DNA of 63,656 nucleotides, the filler included, from Welwitschia mirabilis (taxonomy: Eukaryota), in the NCBI GenBank assembly GCA_051453625.1. It is 5 parts of one record of this genome, joined end to end, with 100 filler letters (N's around TTAATTAATTAA, not from the genome) between each part and the next. Parts side by side here need not be neighbours in the genome. Positions count along the whole stretch, not along the records: positions 22,470 to 34,020 come from JBOZIK010000001.1; positions 34,121 to 58,472 come from JBOZIK010000001.1; 3 more parts are not named here. The stretch is one strand, 5' to 3'. Of this stretch, positions 24,531 through 35,570 are shown one piece after another; within the stretch, counting starts at the first letter, position 1, and each line of letters starts with the position of its first letter. The position numbers and the translations under genes were made by a program. The notes under the pieces are model-generated. The model was given only the letters and a program-made list of their open reading frames with translations, was not told the DNA's origin and did no database searches.

Positions 24531-27499
24531 TCTCTCTTAACTTATTCCTTTGATGGATATTATGATGTCACTTGATCATCTTTTAAACTTAACTTATGTA
24601 TTGCTTTATGAAGTTTCCATGACTAGTATCTGTACTTGGGCATTTTATAATGATAATATTGGATTCATCCAATCTTAGGACATTTCTANNNNNNNNNNNN
24701 NNNNNNNNNNNNNNNNNNNNNNNNNNNNNNNNNNNNNNNNNNNNNNNNNNNNNNNNNNNNNNNNNNNNNNNNNNNNNNNNNNNNNNNNCTTGAACATGGT
24801 AGAAGCAATTATTTTCGAGGTTTGCCTCAATGAGGAGAACTTCCACCCTATCAATATATGAATTCTCTCTTAACTTATTCCTTTGCTGGATATTATGATG
24901 TCACTTGATCATCTTTTAAACTTAACTTATGTATTGCTTTATGAAGTTTCCATGACTAGTATTTGTACTTGGGCATTTTATAATGATAAGATTGGATTCA
25001 TCCAATTTTAGGACATTTCTATGTCTATGGAATTTACTTTGAAGAAAGATGTCTTAGTTCTTTTGCCTTTTTTCCAATGGTATGAGGTCTTTGGTTGTTT
25101 TCTTTTTTGTCTTTCATCTCACTTATTCATCTTTGCCTTTTTGAGTATGTGATCATGTGGGAATTATTCATTTAAAAAAAAGGAGAAAGAGAAAATAATG
25201 ACCATAATCTATTGTATTTATGCTTAAAAAAATATGCATGGTCACCATGACATCCTATCACACTAGGGTAAATTTTTTGAAAGGAACCTTTGGTAGTGTT
25301 TGTAGCTGTGGGAACTCCACTTGGGGATCAATTGGCCATGCTTCATGAGTCCTTGCTTCTCTAACTTTGGTGGCACTCCCCTCATTATGGAAAAGTTATA
25401 ATAAACTTTAAGGCCATGCGATCAGTGGTGTTCCTGATGTCATTAGAGGCATTTCTTATTTTCTAAACTCTTTAGTATTTCCATATGATCATTTCACTTT
25501 TGAGGATTCGGGTGTATTTTGGGGTGTGAGCAGGTAAGTTCATTTCTAAGTAGCTTTTGATCTTATCATTTATTGTTCTAAACACTTAATCTTTGGTATC
25601 ATTATAATCATTACCTTTTTGNNNNNNNNNNNNNNNNNNNNNNNNNNNNNNNNNNNNNNNNNNNNNNNNNNNNNNNNNNNNNNNNNNNNNNNNNNNNNNN
25701 NNNNNNNNNNNNNNNNNNNNNTCATTTCACTTTTGAGGATTCAGGTGTATTTTGGGGTGTGAGCAGGTAAGTTCATTTCTGAGTAGCTTTTGATCTTATC
25801 ATTTATTTTTCTAAACACTTAATCTTTGGTATCATTATAATCATTACCTTTTTGAGTGGAAATTTATAAAGTTAATAAATTCTGTCATGCATTTTTTACT
25901 CGGGTGGCTTATGATGCCTTTCATAAGGGTTTAGTTATCTTCTTCATGTTCCTTATGTCTATTTTTATTTTGCTTTTCTTTAGTTTTTTGAAGTTGTTAT
26001 TTCAAAGTTGTTTCCATACTTTATTATCCTTACATAGGACCTTATCATTTAGTAGTTTCCTTATTGTTGTTTATAATGTTTTTTTCGCATATCACATTGA
26101 TCTTCTTTTTAATTCAATAATAACATTTTATGCTTCACAGTTTTTATGAGATTCCTTTGTATCTTTTGGAGTTCTATACTTTTTCCAATTTCTTTTATAG
26201 TTTTGGTACATTTCTTTAGTCTTATTTGTTAAGTTTCAAACTACTTAGTATCTTGTCATTAGCTTATTTTTCATTTATTTTAAGGTTTTCTCATCATCCT
26301 GATTTATCAAGACTTCTCATCATTCCTTCTTTTTTGAAACTTTCTGATAAATTCTATTACCTTTATGCTGATATTTGAGCCTAACTTGCTTGGTTGACAT
26401 TTTTATCTTTGAGAACTCTTTTCAAGTCCTATTACCCAACTGATCATTTAGATGATAAGGGGGATGACATTGAGATTTTTTCTAATAGTTGGCCTAGGGC
26501 TGTCGTCTAGATGACATGACTAGATGATAGCGCGATAAAACTACGGGCTTGTTTCTTTTTCCTAATTTTTTTCCATTTTTTATTATTTTTTCCCATTCTT
26601 TCAAGAGATGACAGTGCCCTTGATCTATGCTAATATGCTAGAAGTTGTCCTTACCAGATTCACTCACCAAATTTCCTGATTTTTACAAATTTTCGAAAAT
26701 GAGGTATGTTTCTCTCTCCCTCATTTTTTTTCCAATATTTTCTCCTGTTTCTTAGCCTTTCAATGCATAGCTTCCATGTATGTTGTTTACTTTTTTGAGC
26801 TATTTAATTAGGAACTTACAAATCTGATTTTCACCATGCATTTTCAAAATTACAATGAATTGTGTGTTTTATAAGAAAATCAGGCTTCTAATTTTAAAAC
26901 CCATTTTATCGTAAACTGTAAGTTAAAACATAGTAGTCCTTTAGGGTAAATTTATTAGTTTGATGTGTTCTACATTTCTAGTGGATTAGATTTTTAATTT
27001 TAGCACTTTTATTTTTTTACCTTATGTGGGATCCACCTGAAACACAATTTTCAAACTTTTCACGTGTTTCACATTTTTTCACATGGTTAGGTAATACAAA
27101 ATGTATTGACACTTTTGAGGGAATGTAAAGACATATTTTCATAATTTNNNNNNNNNNNNNNNNNNNNNNNNNNNNNNNNNNNNNNNNNNNNNNNNNNNNN
27201 NNNNNNNNNNNNNNNNNNNNNNNNNNNNNNNNNNNNNNNNNNNNNNNTCCTTTAGGGTAAATTTATTAGTTTGATGTGTTCTACATTTCTAGCAGATTAT
27301 ATTTTTAATTTTAGCACTTTTATTTTTTAACCTTATGTGGGTTCCACCTGAAACACAATTTTCAAACCTTTCACGTGTTTCACATTTTTTTCACATGGTT
27401 AGGTAATACAGAATGTATTGACACTTTTGAGGGAAGGGAAAGACATATTTTCATAATTTTTTCAAATTTTTTTTTCAATTTTAGGGTTGTTTTGAGCAC

Positions 27500-28920
27500 C
27501 CACGTGACGTATTTTAGCTAAGTCCACTAGATCTTGTGTGACTTATTGCATATTTGTGATTGAGTAGGCTGTGCATACATAGAGCTACATAGGCTAAGGC
27601 TAAGGCCAGTGTTGTTGAGTAGGAGATGGGCTCATTAGTACCATCAGAGGTAGAGCGTGTAGAGCTAGTACATCCCTCACCTTGACACATAAGGCCTCTC
27701 ACCATTCAGACTACTTCCATCTATGTTGAGAGACATTTTGAAGATTTTATGAGCTGATTGGAGCCAAAGGTAGATCAGAGGCTCAGAGATTTATAGCTCC
27801 GGTGGATTCTACATATACATGGGGCATATTACATTTTAGAGACCAGGGAGTTTTATGACACTATGCACATAGGGCGTTGCCTCGATTCTTGTAGATACTT
27901 TGTAGACATGTTTGTAGCCAAAATTTGGGATCATGAGATTGTAATCCTTTCAAACCACATTGTGACAGTGACAGATCTTGGTGATATTAAGAGTGTCCAC
28001 ATACATTCTACTAGAGGGATAGAGGAGCATCGTACATATAGTGCGGCATTAGATATATCAGCAGATTTTACTTTAGATAAGCAGGGAGTTTTGGTAACAT
28101 AGTTAACTCCCATTTATCAGATCTTACACAGAGAGTTAATTCACAATATCAGCCTGTCCTTTTATAATAATCATACCATGATGGCTTATCTTCAGATATT
28201 GATAGTATTCAAGCAGAATGAGTAGATGGACTTACATACATTTATATGGAGGAAACTCAGGTCCATGGGAGAGGCATGACAGTTATAGACTTTGGGATAT
28301 CCATGCTTCCTCTCAGCCATGTTTAGATGCTTTAGGATACTAGAGTCCATAAGCGAGCAATAACTTATACACATACAAACTTTAGCTTGCTACTTACAGG
28401 ACATGAGTACATAGGTACTAGGATAAGTAGAGANNNNNNNNNNNNNNNNNNNNNNNNNNNNNNNNNNNNNNNNNNNNNNNNNNNNNNNNNNNNNNNNNNN
28501 NNNNNNNNNNNNNNNNNNNNNNNNNNNNNNNNNTGCTTCCTCTCAGCCATGTTTAGATGCTTTAGGATACTAGAGCCCATAAGCGAGCAACAACTTATAC
28601 ACATACAAACTTTAGCTTGCTACTTATAGGACATAAGTACATAGGTACTAGGAGAAGTAGAGAGACCTCAAGTTCAGAGAATTACGATTGGCACTTCACT
28701 AGAGTAGATTCAGGTCCTTCTAGTAGATAATACTGAGACCAAGAGAGATTTCATTATTCGAGGTATCTCAACACTTAAGAAGAGGATCCAAACATTTGAG
28801 CAAAGGATCTAGATAATTGAGAGGAAAATGCAACACTCTGAGGAGAAGCTGGTGGATGTATGTTAGCACATCCTATCTATTGAGTAGAGTGTGATAGTCT
28901 ACCTCCTAGAGGTAGTTTAA
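27500..28920 (+). pseudogene. Extra (env-like position) ORF of element A, Transposase_32-like domain with coiled-coil tail, disrupted
   Basis: IYVERHFEDF..LRWILHIHGAYYILETREFYDTM..FVAKIWDHEIVILSNHIVTVTDL..LTPIYQILHRELIHNISL..MDLHTFIWRKLRSM..TLGYPCFLSAMFRCF, then IQTFEQRI*IIERKMQHSEEKL. Located between integrase and PPT. Confidence 0.7.
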
Positions 28921-29695
28921 GTATAAGGAGATGAGAGAGTACATTCTATCTTAATATTATTAGACCTTTGTTTCCTTATGGACNNNNNNNNNNNNNNNNN
29001 NNNNNNNNNNNNNNNNNNNNNNNNNNNNNNNNNNNNNNNNNNNNNNNNNNNNNNNNNNNNNNNNNNNNNNNNNNNNNNNNNNNNNNNNNNNNNNNNNNNN
29101 NNNNNNNNNNNNNNNNNNNNNNNNNNNNNNNNNNNNNNNNNNNNNNNNNNNNNNNNNNNNNNNNNNNNNNNNNNNNNNNNNNNNNNNNNNNNNNNNNNNN
29201 NNNNNNNNNNNNNNNNNNNNNNNNNNNNNNNNNNNNNNNNNNNNNNNNNNNNNNNNNNNNNNNNNNNNNNNNNNNNNNNNNNNNNNNNNNNNNNNNNNNN
29301 NNNNNNNNNNNNNNNNNNNNNNNNNNNNNNNNNNNNNNNNNNNNNNNNNNNNNNNNNNNNNNNNNNNNNNNNNNNNNNNNNNNNNNNNNNNNNNNNNNNN
29401 NNNNNNNNNNNNNNNNNNNNNNNNNNNNNNNNNNNNNNNNAACATTTTTTCAGGCTGTCATCCCTCACATCATCCAGATAATGCCCTAGATGATAGTATG
29501 GCTAGTGCACTATATAGATGAAAACATTTAGTTATCTATTTTTGACAATTCTGTCTGCATTTCTAAGAATTCTAAAATTCTTTCTAAGATTATTTTACAA
29601 TACCTTAGTTGTTTTTATTGATAGTTAATATGGCTCACGATCATGATTATTTGCCTGGTTTTTATTAGGGATTGATAAGGCTAGGTGGAGGACTC

Positions 29696-31050
29696 TGTTG
29701 TAGTACCAACTTGTATGTATTTGATAGCATATTTTGAGTAGTTTTACAGGACATTACATAAGTTTATGTTGAATTTTGACAATAATGAAGAGCTAAGAAG
29801 AATGACACAAAAACATGCAATCTTCATTACATTTTATAGATTTGAGGCAGTTTATAATATTTCCTATATGAAGTATAATTCCTATAAATAATAAAATTAA
29901 TGTGATATATGAAGAACTGTATAAAAGCTTATCAACCTTCTTATCATCTAGGCAACTATACGAATGATAAAATACTTAAGCAAAGGAGGATGCTGATGGA
30001 AAGATGTGGAATTCTTGTGAGGTGATATCATCTTCTGTATCATCTAGATGACTAGCAGAATNNNNNNNNNNNNNNNNNNNNNNNNNNNNNNNNNNNNNNN
30101 NNNNNNNNNNNNNNNNNNNNNNNNNNNNNNNNNNNNNNNNNNNNNNNNNNNNNNNNNNNNNGGAATTCTTGTGAGGTAATATCATCTTCTGTATCATCTA
30201 GACGACTAGCAGGATGACACCAGAGATACACTTCACCAAACTCTAGCCATTTGTTGCACACTTTCTTGCATGGTTGTTAGGGCTATTCCCATGCGTGTTA
30301 GTCTAGTCTATTTTTAGAGTCTATTTTACAAATAAATACCTCCTCCACCCTCGACTCCACTTTGTCTTCATTTGCACCAAAAATTATCATGTCAGGAGAC
30401 ATCTTCCTTGGTGTTGGGCTATGCATCCTTCATTAAGGTGCTGTTACTTTGTAACACGGATGATGGTTTAATTCTAATCAAAACTCTATTCTTTTTTTAT
30501 ATTTTTTATTTTGTAAATGTCCCTTATGATTTATGTTATTTCTGATTCTGCAATAACTTCTTTAGTGATATAGATCATGAGGAAAACCTTTGTTAAGCTT
30601 GACATTATTAGTTTAGATGCACATTGTATTTCCTTTTTTAGATTAACTTTACATAGTTTTCATATTCTGCTTGATGTACTTGATGGCTTAGGCTGGTCTT
30701 GATCTAATGATGGCTTTTACTGATTGATCTAGGTTATACAGTGCTGATCTTTGTGACAGGTTGATGTGTTAGTTGGATGGAAGTTGCACTTAGTTTATAC
30801 TTGTATTTCATTTGCATAAGTGTGTTTGCATTGCTATTGCTGCATTGTTATTTATTTCTACTCTAAGCATATGTAGTTTTTCATTCTCAAAATCAATTCT
30901 CTTTCTTATTGACTGCGCCTTCAACAAGAATACAACATTTGGATTACTTATATCTATATTAGTGTGTTGTATCCTGTAAAATCTATATTCATTTGTAAAT
31001 AACAGGATCTTCTTGAGAATGTAACGTTTGCACAAATATACACTGCAATA
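29696..31050 (+). repeat. 3' LTR of Athila-like element A
   Basis: Starts TGTTGTAGTACCAACTTGTATG right after the PPT and ends CACTGCAATA (CA mutated to TA). Aligns to the 5' LTR with visible transition-rich divergence. Confidence 0.88.
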
Positions 31051-31209
31051 ATTACCTTATTTATATTAAATCTTTATATAATACTTATTATTAAAAGAGT
31101 TTAAACTGTATTTCTTTATATAGTATAAGAAAGTAGCTTAATGAAATTCCACAATAAAGTAATGTTGCATTAATAGTCAAGTTGTTCCTTCTTAATTATA
31201 AGAATAATA

Positions 31210-31540
31210 ACTTGTGCAAAATGAGGATAAAGTTATCCTTACACATAAAAAATGATTAGATACTCACTAAGAAAATGTCATCTATTAATAATGTGAATGC
31301 AAATCATGGTCCATCCCAATTATGAGAACTATGACATTGTGAAAATTGAGGATGAAAGTTATACAAAAAAGATGTGCATTGACAAATGTCATCTATTAAG
31401 GATGTAAGGGAAAAACATTTTCCTTGTTAGCCATCAGAACTACTAACTTTTGGACATTGAAAATAAAAATTATCCTTACATGTAAAAATGCTTAGATATT
31501 TATTGAGAAAAGTCATCTATGTAGGATATGAAGGACAATT
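31210..31540. repeat. Diverged ~115-bp tandem repeat, about 3 units
   Basis: Recurring (aaa)tgagga..aagttat / aattatccttaca and aa(t/a)gtcatctat at ~31275, ~31385, ~31510. Confidence 0.55.
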
Positions 31541-32399
31541 TCTGTTTAGGATGTACAAGACAAACAAGAAGTATAAAATTAAAATGTATTTAAAATATAT
31601 GCTTGAAAAATTTTTAACATATGCTAAAAAAGAAGTATAAATTCCCCTAAACTTTTATATGTATGTATAGATGTAGTACAAACAATATTTAAAACATATA
31701 CCTTTTACATAAGAACAAGCTAATTTATTATCTATTATATTTACATCACTCACTCAAGTTTACATATAGAAAGTAATACTAGAATATAAAATTTAACATG
31801 ATTTTCAATACATATGATTTATTGTGTTATTATGCATTTAATGCTTTTATNNNNNNNNNNNNNNNNNNNNNNNNNNNNNNNNNNNNNNNNNNNNNNNNNN
31901 NNNNNNNNNNNNNNNNNNNNNNNNNNNNNNNNNNNNNNNNNNNNNNNNNNATGTTTTCATTTATATAGCAATACTAGAATATAAAATTTAGCATTATTTT
32001 CAATAAATATGTTTTATTGTGTTATTATGGATTTAATGCTTTTATAATTTTACATAAAGCTTTACAAAGGTTTTATAGGATTTAGTTAGTAAGACTAAAA
32101 TTATAATATAAATGTAACATGCTAAATATTATTTAAGGTTAGCTTAATAATTCATGAAAGTAAAACTATAATATCGTAACCTTAAAACTAAATGTATATA
32201 TACAAGTACATACACTAAGATGTTTGCTTTGCTAATGTCACTATTGTACTAATATGTTGTTGGACTAAATAATGTTAGTCTCCTTATTTCTATTGCACAA
32301 AATTTTCTCTATTTTTTTTGCTCCCTCTTCACTTAATCTTTGTAGTTTAATTTAAGAAATCAATTTTCATAACATTTGCATATTAGGAATGAACAGAAC

Positions 32400-33000
32400 T
32401 TTCATCACAAAATGATGTAGGTTGAACTCCTTATATAAATAACTCATATAATCACATGAAAGGATTTGTGTATCTCAAACCTTTACATGGAGATGAAAAT
32501 GTAATAAATAGTTAGTTGACTAACTCAATAACCTCTATAATCAAATGTTATGATAAATGAACATGATATTTCTATCTCAAAGGCTAAAAAAAAGTATTCA
32601 TGAAAATCAAGAAAAGAAGAATGTATTACCAATTATAAAGAATATCATAATCAAGGAAAATTTCATGGTATCCTACATTAAACCTAGATATAGATTTAAT
32701 CAATATCTTAGGGCATAAGATTCCACTTTCTAGTGATATCAAAGGGCTTCACTATTAATTTTTTTTTAAAGTTCACTTTAAAGATTTTAAGCTAAACTTA
32801 ATAAGATTAATGTTTATATATAATAATGTGAAGATTTCATAGCTTTAGTGTTGAAAATTTATGATGAAAATATTTAAGGATTCATGTGCTTGGGGCATTA
32901 ATCAAGACGAAGAGTGTATTGGGATAACTACATAAAATTAACATTAACACTAATAAAAGATGCATGACATAAAGGTTATGCTTATCTTATTTCTCTTTAT
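32400..33000. repeat. Old unclassified repeat, copy 2 (uninterrupted paralog of 14640-15304 plus 31051 onward)
   Basis: Collinear with 14640-15300. Ends aaaggttatgcttatcttattt, matching the reconstructed empty site aaaggttgcgattaccttattt. Confidence 0.7.
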
Positions 33001-34120
33001 AAAGTGATTATTGTAAAAATAATTTAAACTTTATTTTTTTATATGATATTAGAAGCTAATAGATCGAGATTTTAAAAAAAAATTAATGGTATATAAATTA
33101 TCAAAATGTTTCTTCTCACTTATGAGAACTAGAATTTGGGGAAAGTGAAGATGAAATTTATTCTTATAAGAAAACAAGTATTAGCTATTTGTTTAAAAAN
33201 NNNNNNNNNNNNNNNNNNNNNNNNNNNNNNNNNNNNNNNNNNNNNNNNNNNNNNNNNNNNNNNNNNNNNNNNNNNNNNNNNNNNNNNNNNNNNNNNNNNN
33301 NNNNNNNNNNNNNNNNNNNNNNNNNNNNNNNNNNNNNNNNNNNNNNNNNNNNNNNNNNGATTTTATCTTCTCAAGATTCTAGCATGCGAATGCCACATCC
33401 ACATTTTTACTTATTTTTAAAAATGCAAAGATTAAGTTTAATGAATCATTTAAATAGATTTAATTATTTTGAAATCTTCAACTGATATACATATTATATT
33501 CTTAACATGCTGTTATATTGAATTTCACTTTAAAATCCTTTTGTTTCATTTAAAATATCACTTTATAATCTTCAAGAATAGTTCTTGCAGTGGTGATGAT
33601 GTTGTTTACTTTTATTTTTGTTGCAACTTCCTAGAAATTATGCATTAATAAATGTAAATTGTGGAGGCTTNNNNNNNNNNNNNNNNNNNNNNNNNNNNNN
33701 NNNNNNNNNNNNNNNNNNNNNNNNNNNNNNNNNNNNNNNNNGGCTAGGTAAGCCTTTATGAGACGTTGTGTAACCCATACTACTATAACCATAATCCCCA
33801 CTACTATAACCACCCTCCTTTATGATGTCTTATCTTTATATGCTCATGACTCTTTACATTTCACCAAACTTCCATTATAAATAAGACCCTTCTTCTCCTT
33901 TTTTGTTACTTTCATTTTTGGAGAATCCTTCACTACCAAACCTTAGAGCTTGGATAAGTCTTCAAAACTTTGAGCCTTGGAAATCTTTGGGAATTTTCAA
34001 ATCTTTGTTTTAATCCAAGTNNNNNNNNNNNNNNNNNNNNNNNNNNNNNNNNNNNNNNNNNNNNTTAATTAATTAANNNNNNNNNNNNNNNNNNNNNNNN
34101 NNNNNNNNNNNNNNNNNNNN

Positions 34121-35570
34121 AAGGCCATTAGGTTACAAAACCTCAGAACCTAATTTAACAATATAAAAATGAAAAACAATGAAAATGTAGAAGTCTACAT
34201 TCAGAGGATTAAAGATATAGTTAAAAAGATGCAAGATTTAGACTATGAATACAAAAACAATGATGTTGCCATTAAAATATTGGAATCCTTACAAAACCAT
34301 TCAATCCCATAGCCATAACCCTCCATAATACCTTAAACTTAAGAACTTTCTCTTTTGAAGAAATCTTTGGTAGACTTGTCTAATATGAGTTCACCCTTAA
34401 GACAGATAAGGAAGAAAATGCTACTGCTTTAAAAGAATTCCACCATGGAAGAGGCAGAGGAGGATATAGAGGAAGAGAATAATATAATAAAAGAGGACAA
34501 GGTAGAAGCCAAGGTAGAGGTCTAAAAAGAGGACAAGGAAGAGACCAACATAATGGAAGAGGTAATTTTAATTTTGAGAATGCCTCATCATTCTTGAACT
34601 AGAAAGAAACTAGGGAATTTTACTATTACCATAAAAGGGCCATCTTATCAAAGATTGTAGAAAAAAGAGATGGAGTGATACAAATAAAGCCAACATAGAA
34701 GAATAAGCTGAATATTCTAAGCAATAAAGGATAGAAGAATAAGAAGAAGAAGTTAAGGTAGGAGGATTTGTAGCTAAAACACACTTAGATTTGATCTCAT
34801 ACTTTAACAAATCAACTTCTTAATACATTAATAGTGGATGCTCAAAGAACATTACTNNNNNNNNNNNNNNNNNNNNNNNNNNNNNNNNNNNNNNNNNNNN
34901 NNNNNNNNNNNNNNNNNNNNNNNNNNNNNNNNNNNNNNNNNNNNNNNNNNNNNNNNNNNNNNNNNNNNNNNNNNNNNNNNNNNNNNNNNNNNNNNNNNNN
35001 NNNNNNNNNNNNNNNNNNNNNNNNNNNNNTAGTAGCTTAGGGAAATTAATTGGAAATGGTTTTAAGGATGAGTTTAAGGAAGAAAAACGCATCTTATCCA
35101 AACAAAAACAAATTCTAAAAGTATCCAAAATAGGAAATAACTTGTATCAAATTACATTTGAGAAAGCTTCAGTTTCTAGCAAAGAAGATATTTGGACATG
35201 GAATAAAAATTAGGACACACCTCAATAAAATATTTGAAGGAAATGATTAAACACAACCTTGTTAAAGGTTCGCCCAATCTCCAATTTNNNNNNNNNNNNN
35301 NNNNNNNNNNNNNNNNNNNNNNNNNNNNNNNNNNNNNNNNNNNNNNNNNNNNNNNNNNNNNNNNNNNNNNNNNNNNNNNNNNNNNNNAACCTTGTTAAAG
35401 GTTCGCCCAATCTCCAATTTGAACCCACCTACACATGTAAGGAATGCATTCAAGAAAAGCAAACAAGGGTATTTTTTTCAAAAATCTCAATTAGATCATC
35501 TTAAAAATTGTCATTGGTGCATTCAAATATTTGTAACTCCTTCACCTCTCCCAGTCTAAGTGGTTATAAG
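34121..35570 (+). mobile_element. Old Ty1/Copia fragment (gag, protease, GAG-pre-integrase, start of integrase), cut by the Sirevirus-like insertion
   Basis: RLQNLRT*FNNIKMKNNENVEVYIQRIKDIV (UBN2-like); GRGRGGYRGR..GRG; degenerate knuckle YHKKGHLIKDC; INSGCSKNIT protease site; WNKNLGHT..LVKGSPNL..CKECIQEKQTR..LVHSNIC..PSLSGYK. Confidence 0.8.

Larger units (their letters stand above)
15305..31050 (+). mobile_element. Full-length Athila-like Ty3/Gypsy LTR retrotransposon (element A) with a 3' extra ORF, decayed
   Basis: Paired LTRs, tRNA-Asp-type PBS, gag-PR-RT-RH-INT order, extra ORF, purine-rich PPT (~29668-29695), and 5-bp TSD ATTAT (15300-15304) / ATTAC (31051-31055). It spans one scaffold spacer at 22370-22469. 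Confidence 0.9.

Noticed and set aside
24455-28665. Apparent tandem duplications flanking ~100-N gaps (e.g. 24458-24688/24789-25020, 25490-25621/25722-25855, 26938-27147/27248-27459, 28304-28433/28534-28665; likewise 1725/2214, 47578/47918, 53447/53760, 54083/54408)
   Set aside because: Near-identical copies sit on either side of a fixed-size gap, the signature of unmerged overlapping contig ends or haplotypes rather than biological repeats or CRISPR-like arrays.
33760-34020. Possible LTR of the old Copia fragment (CATTATAAATAAGACCC TATA-like box)
   Set aside because: Separated from the Copia coding region by a scaffold spacer; no TG..CA termini, PBS or second copy visible.
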